Part shown: piece by piece, positions 55,887-63,041 of the stretch | Layout of the letters: each line of letters opens with the position of its first letter | Position numbering within the stretch: position 1 is the first letter of the stretch | Source of the DNA: a virus | Taxonomy: Duplodnaviria; Caudoviricetes | Reading direction: 5' to 3' (one strand) | IMG/VR virus record: IMGVR_UViG_2974506496_000001 | Span: 1 to 64,000 of that record | Length of the DNA: 64,000 bases | Program-made: the position numbers and the translations under genes | The notes under the pieces: generated by a model | The model's input: only the letters and a program-made list of their open reading frames with translations | What the model was told of the DNA's origin: nothing | Database searches by the model: none

Positions 55887-57038
55887 ATGCGTCAGTATTT
55901 GGATGGGATTCGTTACATCTTTGAGAACGGGTCACAACGAGGGGATCGCACCGGGGTAGGTACGTTGTCGGTGTTCTCGATGAAGCAGACTTATGATCTG
56001 CGTCTGGGATTCCCACTGGTCACCAGTAAGAAAGTGCGTATCGATTTTATTATCGAAGAGCTCATCTCTTTCCTGTCGGGTAATCCCGATATGCCGGGTG
56101 TGGGTATCTGGGATGATTGGCGTGTCAAAGACGAAGTCTCTCGTGAAGTCCCGTTAGAGAACCACGAGCGTTTAAAACTCTGGGTTGAGAAGTCGGACCT
56201 GAAGTATAACGTTGCTTACCTTCAACTCAATGCGATGGGTTCTGTCGAAGCGGGTCATCGTTTCCTGGATGAGCAAGGGATTCCACGTAACAGAAAAGAA
56301 GTACTGGTAGCAGAAGGTGCACTCAATGCACCCTATGGGCCAGCGTGGCGTGCGTGGAAAGGTCGTCAGGGCGAAGTGCATGATCAGATCAGTTATCTGC
56401 TCAAGCTGCTTAAAAACAATCCTACGAGCCGTCGTATGCTATTGTCTGCCTGGGACCCGGCGAATATGCCGGATGAGTCTATCAGTCCGCAGGATAACAT
56501 CATTGATGGCAAGCCACCTCTGACTCCGTGTCATTGGGCGTTTGAGCTGTACACTGACGAAATCCTGGCAGAGGAACGCCTTGATTGGGTCGAAGCTAAT
56601 GCACCTAGTCTCTGGGAAGACTACAATGATCGTTCAGGACGTGGTCAGTGGTTAGGCGACACAGACAGTAAGCGCCTTCATGAATTCCTGGACGAAGCCG
56701 GCGTACCGAAGTATTACCTGGATCTGAAGTATCACCAACGTTCCTGTGACTATATGGTTGGCGTGCCGTATAACATCGCCAGCTATGCGGTGTTGCAGCA
56801 CATGTTCGCCGCCACCTGTAACATGATCCCGCGGATACTGGAAGCGGATATGACTAACATCCATATCTACAACTTCCACAAAACCAATGCGGTCATGCAG
56901 GCCAGTCGCAGCCCACGCGCACTACCCACTCTGAAGGTACTCGCCGCTCACGATAAGTTGGAAGACTATACGTTGGAAGACTTTGAACTCGAAGGTTATG
57001 ATCCGCATCCTTTTATTAAATATGAAAGAGCGGTCTGA
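55887..57038 (+). CDS. thyA: Thymidylate synthase with two insertions
   Basis: DRTGVGT, PTSRR, LTPCH catalytic Cys, QRSCD..GVPYNIASY with the dUMP-specific Asn, HIY. Confidence 0.93.
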   Translation: MRQYLDGIRYIFENGSQRGDRTGVGTLSVFSMKQTYDLRLGFPLVTSKKVRIDFIIEELISFLSGNPDMPGVGIWDDWRVKDEVSREVPLENHERLKLWVEKSDLKYNVAYLQLNAMGSVEAGHRFLDEQGIPRNRKEVLVAEGALNAPYGPAWRAWKGRQGEVHDQISYLLKLLKNNPTSRRMLLSAWDPANMPDESISPQDNIIDGKPPLTPCHWAFELYTDEILAEERLDWVEANAPSLWEDYNDRSGRGQWLGDTDSKRLHEFLDEAGVPKYYLDLKYHQRSCDYMVGVPYNIASYAVLQHMFAATCNMIPRILEADMTNIHIYNFHKTNAVMQASRSPRALPTLKVLAAHDKLEDYTLEDFELEGYDPHPFIKYERAV

Positions 57039-57070
57039 TCCACTGGTGCGTTGAAGGGAGCACAACGGTA

Positions 57071-57436
57071 ATGAAGAGAGAGTCCAGTTACACCCTGGTC
57101 TTTGGGGAAGGTAGTACTGAAGAAGATGTCAACACCCTGCGTGAGATGGTGTCACACATGCGGGGGTTGACTGGGTTGTCGCAGCTGGGGGCGTTTGAGG
57201 TGTTCGTTACCCATTATGAATTGCAACGTAAAGACGCAGGGCTAATCACCAGTAATCTTCCGGTGAATGCACAGTCGTTGTTTGATGTCAGTGATCGACA
57301 GAACTGGCTGACACCGCTGTTCACTTCCCGGGGGTTAGTGGCGTGTGATTTGTTGTTGTTACTGAAGCAAGGCAAATGGACCGGAGAACACCTCAAGGTG
57401 ACCTTTCGGGTAAAGGGTATCAGGGCGAAAGCATAA
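57071..57436 (+). CDS. Hypothetical protein
   Basis: GGGAG RBS. Confidence 0.55.
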   Translation: MKRESSYTLVFGEGSTEEDVNTLREMVSHMRGLTGLSQLGAFEVFVTHYELQRKDAGLITSNLPVNAQSLFDVSDRQNWLTPLFTSRGLVACDLLLLLKQGKWTGEHLKVTFRVKGIRAKA

Positions 57437-57442
57437 CGCATA

Positions 57443-57470
57443 CGGAGGGGTCATTCCCTCCGCTATGCCG
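57443..57470 (+). terminator. Hairpin-TATGCCG element
   Basis: CGGAGGG-GTCATT-CCCTCCG followed by CTATGCCG. Confidence 0.7.
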
Positions 57471-57504
57471 ATTAAGTTTTTAACAAAGTTTACTGCAGAT
57501 CTTT

Positions 57505-57521
57505 TCAGACCTATATCACGT
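57505..57521 (+). promoter_or_regulatory. Candidate early promoter TCAGACCTATATCACGT
   Basis: Near-identical to 40038-40054; TATATTAC-like core. Confidence 0.6.
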
Positions 57522-57568
57522 CGGTGAATAACCTTTCACTAATTAACCAATCCGTAAGGAGTTTTATC

Positions 57569-58945
57569 ATGGCTGCATTAAAATCTAAAGTTGAACTGTT
57601 TCACTGGTATCAGGAACTGAAAACTGAATTTAAAACCGGCAAGATTACCGTGTTCGAATTTGAGCGGCAAGTGCTCAGCGAAATTCTTTCCCTGACCGAT
57701 ACTGGTAAAACACCATCTACTGCCAAAATCAGTCTGGTAGTGGACATCCTTAATTCTGTGGTTTTTGATCATGTGTTTACCGCAGACGGTATCATTGACC
57801 TGGACAACATGCTCGCTCGTGAACACGTACGCAACATTTCGGAATTGACGGCAGCACGCAATAACTTTATTACCATACAAGCCCAGGCCCGTCTGAACAA
57901 AGAAAAGGAACAGACTGCGAAACCAGCAGAGCAGAAGGCGTTTGCCAAGTTTCCAACGAAAGAAGAGCTCGAATATTGGGTTAATGCCAGAAAGCTATTC
58001 CGTTATGGTAACCCCAATACGCTCGGCACTGAAGCATACCAGGAGGTTGTCAAATACTGGCATCTGGTCGATAAATATCTGGGTACATTAAAACTGGAAC
58101 TGGATCACACCGACCCTAACTACGTCGATAACATCCTGTTGATTGACTACTTTGTATCGTTGGTCGCCAAGCAAGAGGTTCCTGAGGAAGAACGCAGGCA
58201 TCTGAAAGACACACTTAGCAGTCTATATGCGTGCCCCATTAAAACCCCACACATCGATGCATTTGTCGAACGTGACCAACACCCCCTTCCAGTTAAGCCA
58301 AAACAACCACCCATCGCGCAACAAGCCATCGACCGCGCTATTGCCTGGCGTGAAGAGGAAACCAAAACAAACCATCAGCAAAAAGACATATTACGAGAAT
58401 TCGCCGATCAATACTGTCCGGTAATGGTGGCCAAGCAACATGCCACTCAGCAGTTGTTTGATTTCGTTGCTCGTGCGGTGAAACGTGTCTTGACCGCCAT
58501 TGCTCAGCCAAACAACCCGGAAGACGCCGAGATGCTGGCAAAAGGTCATGCCATCAACATTCTCAATGTTAAGCATGGTGTAATTGGTGTCAGTACCACG
58601 ATTACCAGAAACGGTCTGGTCAAGTTACGCATCTTCGCTGAACGTGAACTATGTAACGAGGACTACGGTATTCCGACTCTGTCGTATAATCAAGTCCGTC
58701 AATCACCTCATGCAACGTTCAGCATACCAATGCCGGCGCTGATAGATGGGTTCATTAACATGTGGGATATCCCTAATCAGGCCCCTCGCCATATGCATAA
58801 TAGCGTAGGCGGTATGTTGGGTAATCCCTATCCGTTACAGCAGCTTGATGGTTTGATGTCAGCTATTGCAAGAGAAGCAGCCGAGTACGGCGTTACGCCT
58901 ACTTATGGCATGATCGAAGACAGCCTTATCGTTGTGCTGCATTAA
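57569..58945 (+). CDS. Multi-domain hypothetical protein with a duplicated helical (SHOCT-like) domain
   Basis: AAGGAG RBS before ATG 57569; N-terminus similar to 59009. Confidence 0.6.
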   Translation: MAALKSKVELFHWYQELKTEFKTGKITVFEFERQVLSEILSLTDTGKTPSTAKISLVVDILNSVVFDHVFTADGIIDLDNMLAREHVRNISELTAARNNFITIQAQARLNKEKEQTAKPAEQKAFAKFPTKEELEYWVNARKLFRYGNPNTLGTEAYQEVVKYWHLVDKYLGTLKLELDHTDPNYVDNILLIDYFVSLVAKQEVPEEERRHLKDTLSSLYACPIKTPHIDAFVERDQHPLPVKPKQPPIAQQAIDRAIAWREEETKTNHQQKDILREFADQYCPVMVAKQHATQQLFDFVARAVKRVLTAIAQPNNPEDAEMLAKGHAINILNVKHGVIGVSTTITRNGLVKLRIFAERELCNEDYGIPTLSYNQVRQSPHATFSIPMPALIDGFINMWDIPNQAPRHMHNSVGGMLGNPYPLQQLDGLMSAIAREAAEYGVTPTYGMIEDSLIVVLH

Positions 58946-58952
58946 TTCACAC

Positions 58953-58982
58953 GGGGAGGTTTCCCTCCCCCTTTTATTTTTT
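58953..58982 (+). terminator. Intrinsic terminator
   Basis: GGGGAGG-TTTC-CCTCCCC followed by CTTTTATTTTTT. Confidence 0.65.
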
Positions 58983-59008
58983 AATTAACCTACTGTGAGA
59001 ATTTAACC

Positions 59009-59710
59009 ATGAACAAAGAAACTTATACTACCTGGTACAATGGATTAAAAGAAAGATTGGCGACTGGGCACATTAATCAGGAACACTACGAGACACTTAT
59101 TGTTGACAATCTAAGTTCATTGATTACTCATTTCTTCAATAGTCGATACGACGATGGTCATATGTCTCTGGAGGAGCATTTTGCGTTAGTTAATCATTAT
59201 TTCGAACTGGTTGCTGATGCAGAAATATCAGAACGCAGTGCCATGCTCATGGTACGTTCTGTAGCTAGCAGTATTCAAAAGCTACCAGCGGCTAAAGCCT
59301 TCGCAGAGAAACATAACACTCCGGCGCCGTCAATTAAAGAAATTCTTGGTAGTCGACCTGGTTTACTGCGTAAGCATGCTGCCAGCACGACCGAGAAGAT
59401 GATAGGGTGTCCGGTGATCACCCAGGCCAACGAACCTGAGAACGAAGTAACCATTGACTTACCCTGGAAATTGGCATTGCACGTTTACAAAGGGTTCCTG
59501 GTAAAGGCGCTGATGTCAAAGCACGGATATAAATACAGTGATGCGTATAACTACATTACTGATCATCAGAACAAATACGACGAACTCTTGGCAGAAGTCC
59601 TCAACAACATTATTGCTAATGAGGAATCGCATCTGGTGTCGGTAGGTGGCGGCATCACTGCAGCGGGTACTGGTCTGGTGGTAAGCGGGATTATTAAGCC
59701 GGAGGAGTGA
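59009..59710 (+). CDS. Helical N-terminal domain fused to an RNA polymerase beta-prime fragment (switch 2 plus dock), non-catalytic
   Basis: Residues ~105-203 align by eye with beta-prime KSL..[29 protein letters not shown]; no NRxPTLH or NADFDGD. Confidence 0.65.
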   Translation: MNKETYTTWYNGLKERLATGHINQEHYETLIVDNLSSLITHFFNSRYDDGHMSLEEHFALVNHYFELVADAEISERSAMLMVRSVASSIQKLPAAKAFAEKHNTPAPSIKEILGSRPGLLRKHAASTTEKMIGCPVITQANEPENEVTIDLPWKLALHVYKGFLVKALMSKHGYKYSDAYNYITDHQNKYDELLAEVLNNIIANEESHLVSVGGGITAAGTGLVVSGIIKPEE

Positions 59711-60270
59711 TGAAAGGAGAGATAGAGACACGCTTCAGAAGACACTACGGCAACCACATTAAACGGGGTAGTGATATCGCAGTGCCTTTATACCACATTA
59801 GTCTACAGAATGACTTGGAGGGGCTATGGCGACCTAAAGCCCCTGACTCGCCATTTGATATTCCGAAGAAACCCAACATCATTACTGAAATGCCGCTCCC
59901 GCGTATCTGTGTAGCACCATCTATCGAACAGTGCTTCTGGGCAATCTATCCCAATATCTCTAAGCTCTTTGAAGAGGAAGAATACGCAGCGGTTTGTTTT
60001 GCGGTTTATCAACCGATTCTGCATGCCGGTATTGCTGTCGTGGATACCAGTACGTTAACGCAATGCCGACTAGTGCACGATGCACATATTACCGGCGAGC
60101 ATTGGTTACTTAGTGATACCACCATGTGTGTGATCGACTTTATTCAGGTTAATAACACCTCACACGGCGAGTTCGTAAAGTTCCATCCGTTTAATACCCC
60201 GGTTGGTAACGAATGGGAGCTCGCCCCTAAAAATGTTGTTTATCATTCACTTAAATTAACGGAGTTGTAA
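59710..60270 (+). CDS. Putative ADP-ribosyltransferase-fold protein
   Basis: LYHIS, PRICVAPSIEQC, VHDAHITGEHW in ART-like strand order (H, S/T region, E). Confidence 0.45.
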   Translation: MKGEIETRFRRHYGNHIKRGSDIAVPLYHISLQNDLEGLWRPKAPDSPFDIPKKPNIITEMPLPRICVAPSIEQCFWAIYPNISKLFEEEEYAAVCFAVYQPILHAGIAVVDTSTLTQCRLVHDAHITGEHWLLSDTTMCVIDFIQVNNTSHGEFVKFHPFNTPVGNEWELAPKNVVYHSLKLTEL

Positions 60271-60274
60271 ATCC

Positions 60275-60919
60275 ATGGTAACTGCTAGAAAAGCTAATAA
60301 GACCTTAGGTGAGCACGCAGTGGCTCATGAGGCAGTAACACGCTTAGGTAGCAACAAGAAAGTCAAACCAGTTAAACCGCTTTGGACACTGGAGAACATC
60401 GAGGACAATCTGGTTGGTCAAGGCATCCTTGCCTACTTGAAACGCCACACGTCGTTATCGATCCGTGATATCAACACCGCGGCTAACCGCCTGACGAAGA
60501 TTGCTGATTCAGATATAAAGGAAGGGAAAGCGCGTGATTACGTGGCACGAGTTATTGGGTACAACAATTACGACGCTCTCAACGTCACCGTTCGTGCAGC
60601 GGTACCTGTGCGCAATCATGTACAACGTCGTAAAGCAAATCAGCCGGTCACAGAGTTGTTGATAGAAGACGAAGAACTGCCGCCGGTAACACGTACTGAA
60701 ATCAACCCCTTGGTGATGTTAGCCCTACAGCGTGAGATCTCTAAACGCGGCTTTCGTCTACTGGGTAAGAACTACCGGGCTTTCGTTAACAAGGATAACC
60801 CCGAGCACACCTTTACGTTGATGCAGGCGTATAACTACCTTGCCAAACAACTGGGTTATCCGGATTATCACTCTATGCCCCGTCAATACCCAATCATTAA
60901 CTTGCGCTACGTCGATTAA
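60275..60919 (+). CDS. Protein with two copies of a small helical domain
   Basis: ARDYVARVIGYNNYDAL and AYNYLAKQLGYPDYHSM. Confidence 0.55.
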   Translation: MVTARKANKTLGEHAVAHEAVTRLGSNKKVKPVKPLWTLENIEDNLVGQGILAYLKRHTSLSIRDINTAANRLTKIADSDIKEGKARDYVARVIGYNNYDALNVTVRAAVPVRNHVQRRKANQPVTELLIEDEELPPVTRTEINPLVMLALQREISKRGFRLLGKNYRAFVNKDNPEHTFTLMQAYNYLAKQLGYPDYHSMPRQYPIINLRYVD

Positions 60920-60941
60920 CCTATTGTAAGGAATAAAGAAC

Positions 60942-61691
60942 ATGACAACGACTTTCCCGAAAGAGATGAATGCTGCTTTCCATCCTGATAACGAACAAAC
61001 CACCCAGCTGTGCAAAACGATCCAGCAGATCAGCGGGGTGGAGATCAAACGTGTACATGTGGTGATGGCGATCCACCATTACAAACAAAACGATGCGGCA
61101 CATCAGCCTGACCACATGCTGGCGGTCTTAGCAGAAGCAGCCCACATCATCCAGTCGTTTCCTGACCTGGAGAAATGGCGCACCCAGATCATGTTAGGGT
61201 GTCTGTTCCATGACACCCACTGTCACATCGATCGGGATATGCACCACCTGCTAGGCGCCGAACATGCCCAAGAGGCATTACTGGAGTATGCGTGTGGTTA
61301 TGGGATGTCACGTGCGGATGTCTACCTGATCAGTCAGGCCGTACTGGAGCATCGGGCTTCCTGGAAGTACCCGCGTATTAACCCTGTATCCAACGCTGTG
61401 GCGTCTGCAGATCGTGGCTACCCTGATCTAAAGAAATACATCCGTCGTGCTGTACAGTACCGTTACAAGCGCATGGCAGTCATCAACATGAACACCATCA
61501 TCGATGAGTCGATCGAACACATGGTAGAGAAGTTCGGTGATGGCGGTTATGCCTGGGAAAGCTACCCGACGTATGCAGCGGTGATGCACGGTGATGCGAT
61601 TCAACAAGTGAAGCAACAACTGCGCAGTAAAGAAGGAAAGGCACAGCTCAAGGAGTACGCTGAACTCCACTTTGATGAGTGGGTAGAATAA
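60942..61691 (+). CDS. HD-domain phosphohydrolase
   Basis: H...H, LFHD, HH..GA, EH, ADR motifs. Confidence 0.8.
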   Translation: MTTTFPKEMNAAFHPDNEQTTQLCKTIQQISGVEIKRVHVVMAIHHYKQNDAAHQPDHMLAVLAEAAHIIQSFPDLEKWRTQIMLGCLFHDTHCHIDRDMHHLLGAEHAQEALLEYACGYGMSRADVYLISQAVLEHRASWKYPRINPVSNAVASADRGYPDLKKYIRRAVQYRYKRMAVINMNTIIDESIEHMVEKFGDGGYAWESYPTYAAVMHGDAIQQVKQQLRSKEGKAQLKEYAELHFDEWVE

Positions 61692-61699
61692 GCTACGTG

Positions 61700-61728
61700 G
61701 CCGGAGGATTACCTCCGGCTGTTATGCC
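61700..61728 (+). terminator. Hairpin-TTATGCC element
   Basis: GCCGGAGG-ATTA-CCTCCGGC followed by TGTTATGCC. Confidence 0.7.
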
Positions 61729-61851
61729 TGTTCTTTCTTCTTTGTAATTCTCAACACATTCGGTCTTTGTTATACAAAGGCTATAATCTTTGTCCCGAGC
61801 TAAGGGTAACGTGAACAGTTATGCTGGCTTACTTTTTAAAGGTATCTTTTC

Positions 61852-62382
61852 ATGGATGGTTTATTTAATCTCTCCTCATGGCAATCGATTTTACTTGTGG
61901 TAGTTGTACTCCTGCTGTGGGCGTATTACCAACGACTTCAACACCTGCGTCGTAAGTATCATCGCCGTAATGAACGCATGATGGCGCAGAGCGTGGTCAT
62001 GACATCCCGGCTGTTACTGAGTACCTTCTCGGAGATTGTGGAACGCGCTAAAGAGGAGGACATCTACCAGCGTGATCCTAACTCCCCGATTGCGGCAGAC
62101 CGGGCCAGTGCGATGGCCTGCTCCTCCATCTTCAGTGGGTTGTATAACCTGGTTGTGGTGCCCGTCACCACCCTTGATCCGGTGTTCAACGATTTATTGA
62201 TTACCGGTACTGAGCGGGAAGATGTTGAGGAAGGGGTCTTTGTGTCGTTTTATTTGGGTGAACAGCGTAATGATGTGGTTAGGCATTTTATACCCGACCG
62301 GTCGTTACAGGCCTTTATCACCCAAACGCGTGCCTTCAGTGCTTACCTGCGACAGGCTGCGAATACAAAACCACCACAATGA
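61852..62382 (+). CDS. N-terminally membrane-anchored protein, likely paralog of 62391
   Basis: Single TM; L.IT...V......DV pattern shared. Confidence 0.6.
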   Translation: MDGLFNLSSWQSILLVVVVLLLWAYYQRLQHLRRKYHRRNERMMAQSVVMTSRLLLSTFSEIVERAKEEDIYQRDPNSPIAADRASAMACSSIFSGLYNLVVVPVTTLDPVFNDLLITGTEREDVEEGVFVSFYLGEQRNDVVRHFIPDRSLQAFITQTRAFSAYLRQAANTKPPQ

Positions 62383-62390
62383 GGTGACAC

Positions 62391-62921
62391 ATGACCAATT
62401 ATGGTTTTCTGCTGAACACAGTACTTCTGGCTTTTCTTATTTGGTTTGGTTACCGACTGCACACGTTGGTAAACAACAGCGAGAAAGCCACCCTCGCCGC
62501 TGATCATAACGCCAAGCTGCGCTTCCTGACCTATGCAGCCCGGCAGATAATGAGTGACTTGTATACGTCGCTCAATCTTCCGACGCTCACCGGGTGTGCG
62601 AAGATGTATCTACGCGATGACGGCAAGCTTGATAATATTGAAGTCATTATGCGACTCTTCATGAAAACCCATAATGAGATTATTACCAAGCTCTCCGAGG
62701 GATTGGTGTCGGATCATTTGAAGATCACCGATGTTAAAGTTACCCATGATCTGGTGACCAACGAAGTGCTCATCACACTCTTGTATCCGAATAAAGTCAC
62801 TGACATCCTGGTCTTCCATCATAACCACCTGGCGCAGGCGATCTACCAACTGGATCGATTGCAGCATCGGCTCTCAACGTTCCACAAAGCGGTGCCGAAC
62901 CGCGACCTGTACCAACTCTAA
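62391..62921 (+). CDS. N-terminally membrane-anchored protein, likely paralog of 61852
   Basis: Single TM; same length (176 aa). Confidence 0.6.
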   Translation: MTNYGFLLNTVLLAFLIWFGYRLHTLVNNSEKATLAADHNAKLRFLTYAARQIMSDLYTSLNLPTLTGCAKMYLRDDGKLDNIEVIMRLFMKTHNEIITKLSEGLVSDHLKITDVKVTHDLVTNEVLITLLYPNKVTDILVFHHNHLAQAIYQLDRLQHRLSTFHKAVPNRDLYQL

Positions 62922-62924
62922 ACC

Positions 62925-62954
62925 AAGGGAGGGCTTCGGCTCTCCCTTATGCCA
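62925..62954 (+). terminator. Hairpin-TTATGCC element
   Basis: AAGGGAGGGC-TTCG-GCTCTCCCTT followed by ATGCCA. Confidence 0.7.
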
Positions 62955-63041
62955 TCCGTTCTTCTTTTTTGGTTATTACTATGAATTGCAAGATTCACCA
63001 CGTAGTTCGTTTCACTTATTAACCCCTAAAGAGGAATAGTC

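Noticed and set aside
55887-57038. dCMP hydroxymethylase, or intein/intron in thyA
   Set aside because: The specificity residue is Asn (PYNIASY), as in dUMP-specific ThyA; the inserts are short, in frame and lack intein or endonuclease motifs.
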